Origin: Thalia democratica
Lineage: Eukaryota
NCBI GenBank assembly: GCA_965202585.1
Contig: OZ241827.1
Coordinates: 55,180,001 to 55,244,000 of the forward strand
Direction: 5' to 3'
DNA: 64,000 bases
Shown here: piece after piece, positions 38,642-51,900 of the stretch
How positions within the stretch are numbered: position 1 is the stretch's first letter
Layout of the letters: the number at the start of each line of letters is the position of its first letter
Program-made: the position numbers and the translations under genes
The notes under the pieces: generated by a model
Databases searched by the model: none
What the model was told of the DNA's origin: nothing
Seen by the model: only the letters and a program-made list of their open reading frames with translations

Positions 38642-41234
38642 ATTTCAAGTACTAAGACAAAAAGTCTAGATGTTATAAACTTTAGCTTTAGTTACATTAC
38701 TTAAAATTGTATTTAAATAAGAGTTTTGTACCAACTGTTACTCTTAAAAACTTTTTTATATTTTTTTCATACGATTAAATTCTAAAAAAAAAAGACAGAA
38801 ATTAACAAATTAACAATTTAATTAAATTTTGCTTTACCAATTAATAAACTGCTAAACTAATCTAAAATTTAAATCGGTTTTTTTTTCAAAAACACTTAAT
38901 TAAGGAATGAAGTTGTAGTTATTAGTTGTAGTTGTAGAATTAAATATAATAGTTTTGTATCTTTTCTATTGAAATGCATAAAGTATAAAATGTGTTTTTT
39001 GAACTATGATTAAAAGATAAAACTAAAGCAAATAAAGATAAGAAACACATTTTATTTGTGAGCATACTTCCTGTTTCTATTTTTATTTTTTTAAAGGCTG
39101 AGCGCTTGATGATTTTTAGCATTAAAAACTCGACAATTTCTTATCAAACACGTTCTACAAATACATTCGTGCGTAACTTTGTAAATTACGGACATGGTTG
39201 CCATGATTTAGAGATTTTTTGTGAACTAACATGTAATTTGCATAAGCGCAAACAAAAAGCACTGATTTAACGGACTAACAAATTTGTTTTCTAAATGAAA
39301 AGTTTGTTGTCTGATAATAAACTAAAAGAGTTTAAAATTGTCACCAACATAATTGTGATCATTAGTAAGTTGTTGTGTAAAAAAGCAAGTATTTAAAACG
39401 GAAAACTAAGTAATATTCAAGATTAAGTAAGTGTAAAACGAAAGTAAACATTTGTTCTAAATTTTTTGAGCAAACAAAAACTTAAAGTCTTTTGAAAAAT
39501 ACGCGGTTTAGTTAACTTGAATGGCGTTAATTATCTTAAGTAATATTTGCTTTTAGTAAATACCTTTGTGTTACTTTCAGTTTTTTTATTTGTTAAAACA
39601 AATAGTTCAAAACTTATTAAACGTTGGTATTTACAAAATACTTTAAGCAGAATAGAAAAATGTCATCTACTTACTCAATTATATATAATAATTTGTTTAA
39701 GTTCTTTTTAGAAACAATTTTCTACATGCTTCGAGATAAAAGTTCCGGGTTTGAATAATTCAACTATCTTAAAATACTTTCAAGCTTGAAACTCATCAAT
39801 CTACGCTTTTTTTGAATACATTTAATTTCTTAAAGGGCTAGAAATTTTCAATTATAAGTATAAATAAAACTAAAAACAGATTCTTAAGCGTATATTAAAA
39901 AATCTGTATTAAACTAATAAACCTTTTCAAAGTTTAAGTAAGTTAGGTATAAAATTCATTTTTTAGTTGTTAATTAAACTTCCTAAAGCTTTTTTATTAC
40001 GTTTTTATCAGATAGCCAATCAAAAATAAAATGCAGTTTTAAAAATGTTTTTAAAGCATACGCCTCAATTTATGTTTACAACATTATTGAGATAAGCCAA
40101 TTTTAATTGAAAAGACAGTTTTCTTAGTTGCGTAAGTGTCATATGAACGAAATTAACAAAAAAAAGAGTATAAACTTGTTTTTTTTTGTTAGCGTTTTAA
40201 ACTAATAGTTTTAAACGTAAATAAATTCGTTGCATCAAAAAAATAATGTTACACTTATAAAAAAAATCAAATGAAAGTCAATGTTTAAACTAGTTTTTAC
40301 ACTTAACAAGTTTAGTTTGCTTAGCATAAAGCTCTTATTCTTTAAATTGTTTTAATTGTTTAATTGTTAGTTTATATTAAAAAAAAAATAGTAGAAAATA
40401 AAAAATAAAATATTACAAACTGCATTTACCTTTACTGCAAACAACTTTTACAATTATTCATAATGAGAAAATGCACATTACGTTATAAGTATACTTAAAC
40501 CATCGGTACATAAGTAAAATAGTATACTGTGTATTTTTTATTGCTTAATAATAGATTATAACCATTTAGCTTTTATTCGCAAACTTTGTTATAAAAAATA
40601 TAGTTAGCATACTATTTTAATAACAAAAAAAAAACTTTTATAAACCTAAAGCTATTTTAGTGGTCTATTAATCAAACAAAGTAATACAGCTGCTTTAATT
40701 TGATAAAAATGTTCTAAAAAACTTTCAAACTTTCAACAAAACTGCAAGTACAAAACCATGCAGTAGTTATGTTAAAATGCGTGTAGAAAATTCGAGGCAT
40801 TTATGTATAATATTAACTGCCTTGCGGTTTACTTGCAGTAAAATTCTCTCAACAAAACAAGCACAAAAACTATCTGACCAACAAAAACTGAACTCTGAAT
40901 ACTGTTGTTTAGTAATAAAAAAGTTTAAGATTGCAAAAAAAGTATCAAAACAGGCTTTTGTAAACTTTTTATATACATGTTTTTTTGTAAAATTTAAGAA
41001 TAAAATATATAACAAAAATTTTTTTACAACAAAAATAAAATTTAACTGCTGTTAGGAAGACAAAAGCCAAGTCTTTAAAACAACAAAACAAACAGTATAT
41101 TCACTACAGCCCGACTTACATAAACACTTACGTATATACAAAATTTATTGCGTATAAGGCTGCTAAGCAAGCTGTTTCATTCAGTGTTGTAATAGAGTGT
41201 CATATAAAATAGAAAATATTTTACTTTTTCACTT

Positions 41235-41600
41235 TTTTGCGCCGGTTATTTTTCACACAGCGCCTGTTCTCTCGTCCAGCGTATTTTTTATTTTTAACCC
41301 AGTTCACCGTGTTTTTTTTTACGAAACCGAATAGCCAACAAAAAGGTGGCCAATTAATGTAATTGAACACTGCGAAATGGGTGATTCATGCGTTTTCCGG
41401 TGCTATCTTGTTGAATGGAAGTTATCTCACTTCGAAAAAAGCCAATTTGTCTCAATTTAAGAGAGCCACACACGAGAATGTGGTGAACTTGTAAACTCTA
41501 AATAGTGAAAATGTGTCTATGCTAGAAACTCGCAAACTTTTGAACTCATTATTTTTTTACTGTCTGGCGATCGGAAAAGACCTCTGTTTTAGTGGATAAT
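41235..41600. promoter_or_regulatory. GC/CpG-enriched non-coding island between divergent SDR-B and ABCB1 (possible enhancer, promoter or UTR exon)
   Basis: Locally raised GC and CpG with no convincing ORF or TE termini, in an otherwise very AT-rich divergent spacer. Confidence 0.25.
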
Positions 41601-42723
41601 TAACAGCTTAGTACTTTAAGTTGAAGTTTTAAATGTATGTTTAGTGTTAAATAAAGTAAACGAAAAATTGCAATTATAAATTTAAAATAATGAAACTTAC
41701 TAAATTTTTAAAAGCTCGTTTTTAATTATATTATACATACATAAGTGCATATCAAACATCCTTTTTCCCTTGTAAAATTTGACCTATTTTCAAAGCACTT
41801 CAATTACACAAAATCAAAGTTGTGTTCAAAGAGTTTGATTTTTATCACATGACAGCCAAAATTACAAAGCACACATTGCTTTTAAAAGCAGCTTGACATT
41901 ACAAATTGGCTTTTAATTTTTGTTAATAGTCATAAAAACAATAGAATTTGAATTTTATTAAAAGATGACCTTTAAATGTAGCCATAAAAGTACATATTTT
42001 TATCTTTAATAATTCTTTTAAGAAGTCTTTAAACATACTTACTGTTTAAGATACATACGAGATATGACATACAGATATTGATTATAAAAAATTTTTATTG
42101 ATGTTCAATTTAAACTGTTGTGTATTGCTAAAATTATAATTCGATTACAAAAAAATAGACTAAACAGTATGTAATTATTTATACTAACTTGCTTATTAAC
42201 CACGGATTAAAATAAAAAGTCTTGTAAATATTAAAATAAAATTTTCTGTGTAGTATGTTCTACATTAAAAATACTGGTTCATTTAACAATTTGTTAAAAT
42301 ATTGCAATTGTTAAGATTTTTACTGCTATGACATTGTCATGATAAACAACTAGATATTTAATTTTATAGTTCGGACTATGAAAAAACACTAGTTTGATAA
42401 CTCTAGTAGTTAGAAAATAGTTAAAGCTTTAATAAAAGATATTGGTTAGTATTTTGAAACTTATTAACGGTTTTGTAATTGATTCAGAAGTTTAGCTTCT
42501 TACTTTTAAACAGATATACAATTGTTGCAATAAAAGTAAGTTACAAGTAATTAATTTAATCTAAAATTTATTACTACTATTCACAACAAGTTTATAAGTA
42601 TCTATCAGAAGTATTTAACGTTTTATAAAAATGTATACAATAATTAGTCAAATTTAACAAAGCTTTAAAATTTGGATATTCTGAGAAATATGCATTAAAA
42701 AAATTTAATTTAATACAACTTTT

Positions 42724-42802
42724 AAAATATGAAATCTTTTTAAAAATAAGCTTGTTTTGAAAATATGTAACCTTTTTAAAAATAAACTTGTTTTAAAAAT
42801 AT
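42724..42802. repeat. 36-bp tandem repeat, about 2.2 copies
   Basis: AAAATATGAAATCTTTTTAAAAATAAGCTTGTTTTG / AAAATATGTAACCTTTTTAAAAATAAACTTGTTTTA / AAAATAT. Confidence 0.75.
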
Positions 42803-45800
42803 ATTTATTCACCTAAAAAACATTTTTATTATTTTCTTATACTAAAAATAATTGTTCAAAATTTTTTACATAAAAATGATATTATCTATGAACTTTCAAT
42901 ATACTAAATTGTTGACCACAAACTTAATTAACCTTTTTTAATTAACAATGATTTTGAATAATTAATCATAATGGTTTTTAACACATGAACATTATTTTTG
43001 AACATAATTCACGAGGTTAGAAGTTTTTGTTATTTTAAACTAAGCCTTTTTATACAATATTGAATATAGTTTAAACAATTTCTGTGGTTCATAAGGTTTA
43101 ATAATTCTAAATAAGAAGTATTCAATATAATAAACAAATTGCTTATTAAGCTGATAAAGTTTACGTTTATCTATTGTTTTTCGTTCTACCATGTATGACA
43201 ACAATTACTTTTCTAATCAAAATTTAATGAAACTTTTTTTATGATGTTTAGTTATTTGATACATATTACTAACATTAAAAATTAACTTTACCTTGTAAGG
43301 GTTTACATAAAGAAATTGTACTACAGTTCTTAAGTTTAAATTCTATTTTAGTTATTTAAAATCTTTTTTGTATCCTTTTTTTAATTTATAAACATATATT
43401 TACAGTATTTGTTTACCTAATAAGTTATAAAATATTTTCACAAAATTTTGCATGCTTTATTCAAATTTAAATTGACTGATATTTACAGACTATATAGAGC
43501 TTTTATTTTTACTATAAAAACTACAATACAAAGTTTGTTTTTAAATAAAACATATACGTCCTTGTAGGAAACGACGGTTTGGAAAATACTATAATTTTAA
43601 CACTAAGCAACTAAGGACATAGTGTCAAAAAAAGTTAAGAAATCCAAAGCATACTTAAGTACTTAGCTAGTAAGTTTTTTTAATCCTAAAATAGAACAGT
43701 AGAAAAATTGTTGTTTTATCATAAACCTAAGTGTTGGTAAATTGTAAGATTAAAATACTTTATTTACTAATTTATTAGTCCACAATGTTTTTTCATACCA
43801 TAAAAAATTTATAACCAGAAAAATAAAGAAGAAATAAACTGTTGCATTTTGTAATCATAAAGAAATTTATTTAACTCCACGTTTAATTTGTCTAGTTAGT
43901 TTTGTGATTAAAAATACACACTAGTATTTTGGTATCATCAAATATTTTTGAACTATCAGAAAAACTGTTCTTAATTTTTGAAGACTTTTTTTAACAGTAT
44001 TAAATATTTTTCTTTGAAAGCATAGTTTAGTAATATAATATAATAAAAATTCGTAAAACTAAAAAAATAGTAACAAATTATACAGTTATATACCTAACAA
44101 TCTTTGGAAAAAGTTAAAACTAAAAAAGCAATTCAAATTTAAAAAAACTAGATAACAAAACATTAAGAAATAATAATTTATTTATACAGTAAGAAGCTTG
44201 TAAAACAGAAATATTATTAATTAATATTTTTCATTTTATCTAGAAGCTGATCCTTGTTATAAAGATTTTATTTTAATCGAAGAAACTGTTGACTTATAAT
44301 AAATGAGTTGGATGTTTCTAATCTTCTTGTTAATTTTCAATAAAAAGATAAAGTTAAACCATAAAATCTGGTTTCACTGTAGCCTTAAAAACTTAAATAT
44401 TACATCCAAGTTTTGTCACATTGTTAAAGCAAACATGAACTTAAAAAAAATTTTCATTTGATTGTTGTTTTATTATCAAAGTTGCCTAAAATTGAAAGAC
44501 ATCATTTCGGCTACAGAAAATTACACGGTAATAACTAATTCAAGAACTGAGTGTTTCTAAAATGCTTTTAGTTTGGTACTATTTTACGTCTATAAATACA
44601 GTTTTGCTTTGTTTTATTGTGTTTTTAAACAAGGAAAAAACACAACAACTAAATTTTTGTTCATTGTTGCACCTTGAAATAAGTGTTGCAGTAAAAAGTT
44701 AGTTTTCTGGACATATAAAAATTAAACAATATTAGTATTTGAACATATTTAAGTTTTTTAATTCAATCATGTAAATTTTTTGGTTATTTTAGATTAGTTT
44801 ATTTTTGTACCTAGCTTAAATATACATTATTTCATTTACGTTATTTAAAAAAAGATCATACTAAAAAAAAAATTAAGTTAGTAAACAAAAACAATAAAAT
44901 TATACTATACTTGTAATATTTAATAACACACATCTAATAAAACAGAACAGTTTAGGATCGTAGTAAGTAATCTTTTATGACGTAATAATAAAACAAATTG
45001 ATTTGCGTAAAATACTGTGCTTAATCCAAAAATTTACAGTTAGAAGTTTAAGTAGCTAAAAATAGGCTTGTCTTTTAACTTGTAAGTTTTAAATCTTTTT
45101 AGTTGTTACAACTTAAAGAAAGTAACAACTATACGAGGATAAATTTACTGTACAAGGGTTAGATGCCATAATCTTTAAAATCCCAAGATGCTAACAAATT
45201 TTTTCATGCTGCTATCTAGTTTTAGTTGCTTTACATAAAAGTTAGTAGAACTTATGAAAAGTAGTTTTTTAATTGACTTATCTTAACATAATTAAATACA
45301 GACTTACTTTAAATAGCTTTTTTAACAAAGGTATTCTCTTTCTAGGTTATTTTAAAACGTTGTTTGAGTTTTTTGATAGACTTCAATTGCAGAAAACAAT
45401 TTTTTAAGATAGCAAACGTGGATTTCTATTGTAAATACTAAATAAATACAATACTGTAAATAAAAAAGTTTTAAAATGATCAAATTTTGAACATTAAAAC
45501 TTTAATTAAAAATTTTTACTTGTTAAACTCGCACTAGAGTCAGCTCTAGTTTATCTTGTATAAAAATAAGATTTGATAAGTTAAAGCATATAAACTATGT
45601 TTTTTGTCATTCACCTAGTTTTCTAATTACAGTGCTTTTAAAAAACTGCAACAACAATTTATAATATTGAACAATTTTTTTGCAGTTATAGTTATTAATA
45701 AACTAATAGATAAACAGGCAATGTTGTCCATTCTTTAATTCCCATAAAAGACAAAATTGCTTTGTGAGAAAAGACAGACCAACATAAAAGCAAGCTCAAA

Positions 45801-45990
45801 TTTGTCTACAAAAAAAAAAGAAACAACCGCTAAAGCTATCAAAGAGCAGTGCATATTAGTCAAGTTTACTATTTACGCATTGTAAAACGTGAATGGGAAA
45901 CAGAGCAGGCAGGCTATTGTAGCTTTCTTTAAACTGCAAGCTTTTTGACTGCTTTACGAAAACTTACAAGGACAAGTTTCGAAAAATAAA

Positions 45991-48900
45991 ATGGGAAAAG
46001 GGTTAGTGAAAAATATTTTCTTTTAACGTGCTTTTGCTTTGTTAAGTAATATATTCAAACAGTGTTAGTTCAAAAAGTTGTTAAATAGCTTTTACTAGTG
46101 TAAACATCCGTTTGTTTATTTTTACTTTAACTACAAGCTATTCGTCATATTTGTAGCTTTGTTTGTAAAACCTGTAAGTTGTAAGAACACTAAAATATAT
46201 ATTTAGAATTTTGTTATATACTAGTTGTAAAGTTTTAGTTTTTAATCTTGTTGTTTTTTGTTCTTTTTGAAAAACACATATTTTTTCTTAAGCAATTTTT
46301 TTGTTGTGAGTAAATGAACTTTTCATCAATAATCAAAAAACAAAGCTTTAAAGATATGCATTCAGTTGAAATATGACCTGGATAATTTCATTTGCACGAA
46401 ATCGCGTGAGAAAGCGTTACCGGTGTTTTATTATTTAATTTTTATCTACTTCGCATTGCAGTTTTAAATTAAAATTATTTAAATGAAGTTCAAAGTAATT
46501 TAATAAACTGTAATATTTATCTGTTGCACGGTGTATATAAAATACTTTCTTAATATTAAAAGAAAACAAAAGTAGTAAAATGTTTTTTTTCAAGTTTATC
46601 TTTAATAGCTGTGTTTGTTGTTTCGTGCAAATTGCTTTTAGGTATAGTCAAATAAATCTTCTAGAAAACGAAATACATTTTTCCTCATTAACTTACTAGA
46701 CATCTTTTATAAATATGGATGACACTGTAAAGTTTAATAAATAACTTATTTAGAAGAGTGATTTTTAAAGAACACTTTTAAGTTTTTTTGAGCATAAACG
46801 TTATATCAAAAGTTTTTGAATGAAAAAAAAAGCTACTTTACAATATTTTTTAGTTTAATGAAGTTTGGACAAAGATGACCAATTGTTAAATAAATTTTCG
46901 AACGTAACATAACAAAGTTAAATGAAAGTTTCTAACTGTATTCCTAGTTTGGAAGTAACATGTTAAATTCTTACAGCACTAGTTTCAGTAAAGATGCAGA
47001 TGAGATCAAAACAGATGAAACGGCATCATCCAGTCTTGGTGAAGATAAAAAAGAAAAAGAGGAAGACATACCATCCATTCCATATTACCGACTTGTTAGT
47101 GGTTTTTCGTTTCAAATATTTGACGTTAAATACTTTCCAAGAATTAACTTTCAACTATTTACTAGTTAAGTGTTTGAAAAGCTACTATTTTTATAACATC
47201 TTATCTCAGTAAAATATTACATGCTTTTATAAATAAAACTAAATTGTGGCAATATTGCTCTAGAATCTAGACAATCGAAGTATTAAAGTATGCAATCTTA
47301 AAAATTGCTAAACTTTTGAAAATAACTTATCTTTTCCTGGGACTAAGTAATCTGTCTTTATTGCGTAAGAAAACCATAAGCATGCCGAAATCCAATGAAG
47401 TGTGACGTTTTTGATAAATTATTAACATTTGTCAACAGCATTGTCTTAATTTCTGTTGTTTTGATGTAAATAACCACTTTTGTGCTACTTGATTATTTTT
47501 AAACTGTCGCGTTTCTGTTAGTGGTTGTATTCTGTAACAAGTTGCTTTTATTTGTTTTCAACTTTTATACTGTTATTTACTTTAAAGCGGTTTTGTGACA
47601 ATTTCAACAAAATTTTTAAAACTTTAATTTTGAAATACTTTATTATACATATACTAGTGTTGGCAGAACTTATATTTTGCATTATCAAAAATTTGACAAG
47701 TCAAAGTATTAAACATTAAATCTAAACTGTTACTAATGTGGTTATTTTACAGCCTGAAATTTAAAGTTATTTTCACACGAGCACGTTTTTCAACCTTTGA
47801 AAACCTTATAAAATGAACCAACAAATTTAATTAGTTGTTAATTTTTTCTCACCTACTAAAAAACAGTGGTTGAAATTTTTAAAATCTGTGCAGCTTTCGC
47901 CAATGGTAATTAGACACCAGAATGTGCAGTGCACATAAACTAGACTATGTATACTTTTATTAAATTTGATTTTAACTTCATTCATAAACTAACACTGCTT
48001 GTGTCAAGCTAGTATACTGAAACAACTTTTCACCACCAGTTAAAGTAACACATACTCAAAAAATTATTGTCAGTTAGTATTTAGGAAGCAGTTTCTGTGC
48101 ACAAAAGTAAGAAAGTATGATACTTAAAGCTTAGCTAGAACATTGTTATTTTAAACGATTTACTTGAACATATATTATGCAGTTTACTAAAAGTTAAACA
48201 AAACCTGTATTTAAGATAAAAAGTAAATATGTTTAAAGCTAAGACTTTTAATATAAAATATTTTTGAAAACTAATTATTTACATATTAAAATTTGTTTTC
48301 CGTTTATTAAATTTTTTTATACGTTTTATATGTTTTATATTAAAACATTTAAAAAAAAAGAAAAAATTTACCAACATCAGCTTTTATTATTAATTAATAA
48401 TTTATAATTGCTTATAAGTCGTGAATAAGATTAAAAATAAAGTTAATTGTCATAAGTTCCATCTACTTACATTACTTTTCGTAACTAAGTTTACAAAAAA
48501 ATAATTACTTAAGTACTCACACCTTAGTAATTATTTCAACATACCATAAACATACAGTTTTTTTTCTAAAACTGTTTATAACTTTTTTGTACAGTACTTT
48601 ATTTATTTTGTTGGAAAAAATGCTTCGGTTTTCGTTAAAAACTAGCAAATACCGACTATTTTCTTTTTTACTTAAATGCTCATAACTTAGTATTTTGTTT
48701 AGAAGCCAATTGAATATGAAATATCATAACGTCTAAACATGTTTAACTTTATTTATTTCGCTAAACTTTTGGTAATATCTTTTTTTTTCAAACAACAACA
48801 GCAAATTATTATTAGATTTAATTTTTTTTGCTAACACCAATTATTATACTTCACAGTTCCGGTACGCTAAGCCGTTCGACTTCTTCCTGTTGACAGTCGG

Positions 48901-51900
48901 GATCCTCGCAGCGTCCATAAACGGTGCCGGACTTCCGGTCCTGTTCATATTCTTCGGCGACATCACAACTTCGTTCACCGAGTACGGGAAGTATGACACG
49001 TGCAATTTCGACTACACGACGTGCAAGGCCGCCGGCCTCGTCAACGCCAGCATGACTGAGGCGTGAGTGAATTTTTGTCATCAAGTTTCGGTTAATTTTA
49101 AATTTCTATAATAAAGAACTTTTCTAAGCACATTTGCCGTTTCAAAAAAAATAGAAGTAGAAAATTTTGAAAACAAGCTTTTATTAAATTTTTCTCAGGT
49201 ATTTTTTCTATATTTTTAAAAGTTTTCTGCTTGATAAATTTATAGCTTTTGTAAACGCATTTGGCCTTTTAAGAAGTGGAACAGTTTAAAAAAAAGTTTT
49301 TAATGAATCTTGTTTATGTAGTTTTTCAGAATTAAAACAATTAATGAAATTTAACCACTAAAGCTAATAAAATTATACGAAAAATAGTCTATAAAAAAAT
49401 ATCAAACTTATATTAAGTTTAACCTAATTAAACGTTTTACAAAAAACTAAATTATAATGAGTTACAAAAAATATACTCAGATGCAATTTTAAATTATTTA
49501 GTCGTTTAATAAAACTCAAAACCTAGGTTTTCTATATTTATGTTATGTTTGTTGAACTTAAAATAAGCTTTGTTTTGATGTTTTTTAAATTTTAAATATG
49601 TAGGACTTCAAACAATATGTAATATTTAAGTTTATTACAGTTGATGTTTTATATTTCTGGGTAATTTGAAAAACTATATATGACAAAATCTATATTTATT
49701 CTTAAAATATATTATTGTCCAAAAACATGTTAAAAAAATGTATTGAAACAAGTTAATTTAACAAAAAATTAAATACAAAAGTAGACTGAATATACATGTC
49801 AGTGTAAAAGTTTTAAGAACACCAAAACAAACCCTTAGTTTGGTTTAAACTTAATTAAAAAAAATAAAAGTGTTGTAAGTTTACAACTGTGCTATGATTA
49901 AAACTTTCAAGTATTGATTTAATAAAGTTTTTGGGGACTAACTATGTATTTATTTTAAAAATTATTTTGATATTTATTTAATAAAACATTATTTTTAACA
50001 GCTTTTCAAACTTTCTGTCTAAAAGACATTTTAATACATTTACAGCAAACTTTTTTTTTTACTTAAGGGAAAGAAACTTTGGTAAGAACTAAACTTTTAG
50101 GTTGTTCTTTAAAAAACAATGTATATCTTTATAGTCAATTTAACATAAAACATTTTAATACTGTATTCAAGTTGTGAAGTCGAGCGTTTATTCAAAGTTG
50201 CTTTGCAATTTCGCAGTAATCAACGAAAATGTTATTTGTTTAAACACATACTACGTGCCCTTATTTAAACGTTAAAGCTCTTTTGTTTTGCAACCATAAG
50301 CTGATTTATCATAAGCTTTTCACGAAGTTATTTGATTTGTAAAATTTCAAAAGGATCACCTATAAACATAATTTGTTTAAAAAATTTAAAATCTACACAG
50401 TTAAAACCAACAAACTTAAATATGAGAATTTATCTAGAAGTTATGATTGTCAAACTTCGCTAGATTAAAAAACTCAGTTTATAAGTATTCTGTAAACAAC
50501 GTTTAAATGTAATTTTTTTTTTCAGTGAGTTCGACGATCAGATAGGGTCGCTTCAGACGAGCTTCAGGTCTGACGCGATACAAACAGTTCTGATGATGGT
50601 GTACATCGGGTGCGCCACATTCACGTGTAGCACACTGCAAGTAGCGTGTTTCTCGCTGCAGAGTGTCAGGTTAATTGAAACACTATAGCTACCTAAGTTT
50701 TATAAGCTACAACTTGTTTTTCTACTTTTTCTATTCGGATTCAACTTTTTTTTCGTAACGATTTTAGCTAAGTTTTCTTATAGTAAGGTCTTCAAGAATT
50801 TTATACCTTTTTAACTAAATGTTTTAAAAAACTTGTGACTTGTTTACATGTTTTTTTGTAACTATCTCAGTGGTAATTATTACGTCACAGACAAATGAAG
50901 GAAATAAGACTCGAGTACTTTAGGTCGATACTGAGGCAGGACATGGGTTTCCATGACAAGACGCCCGCAGGGGAACTCAACGTCAGATTATCCAGGTTTG
51001 TTGGTTTAGAAAAAACAGTTTATTTAATATTGAAAGTAATAAAACAGTTTGATACTTAGAGTTTATTAATTTACACTGTGTTTCATGCACAAATCAATGA
51101 TAACCAAAACAGGCTCTTATAAATCAAGATAGACACATTTATTTATACTATCACTAAGTAATATTGAATAGTACTAACTTGAGACTAATTGTAATCGAAG
51201 TCATATAACATGATCAATGATCATTGCACAGCACAATTTTTAATTTTGATAACTATTGCAATTTGAAAATTAAATATTTTGTTTAGTACTCAGTTTGTAC
51301 TGCTTTTTTTTTTTAATAAGTAAAACTACTGAATTTATTAGTCAAAGAAAAATGTTTGTTCGACCAAATAAAGTCATCAGACCATTAAGATATTTCTTCT
51401 TGGAAAAATATTTGGGAATGCTTAGTTCTTTATTGAAGAAGTTGCAAAGTCATTGCAAACAGAGGAAGCTGTTGAAATAAAAACTGGCTATAAAAATGAT
51501 TAATCTTTTATTACTACGAAATTTTACTTTCTTTAATTTTCAATGTTTTTTATTGCTTACATTTTTTTAGATTGCGGAATGTGAAAAAAACAAAACTTTT
51601 AATTGGTTTAAAAAACGAATTACAGTTCGATATAGTTTTGTTTTTAACTTTGTTTATAAGATATTTTTTTCATAGGTTTGCATAAAAATATTTCAAACTG
51701 TGTACAACACTTAATAAAATTTTAAAAGTTCCTAATAGATACATTAATGAATACACAACAAACTTGCACAGTACTTTTAAGTTTTTTTCAAACAAAACTT
51801 TCATCAATGACGTCACAACACAGCGACATCAACAAAGTGGCCACGGGGACGGGCGAGAAGATCTCCTCGCTGCTCCAGTACATGGCGATGGCGGTGTCGG

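Noticed and set aside
39195-39210. RFX X-box (GTTGCCATG) upstream of SDR-B
   Set aside because: Only a half-site matches; not distinguishable from chance without conservation data.
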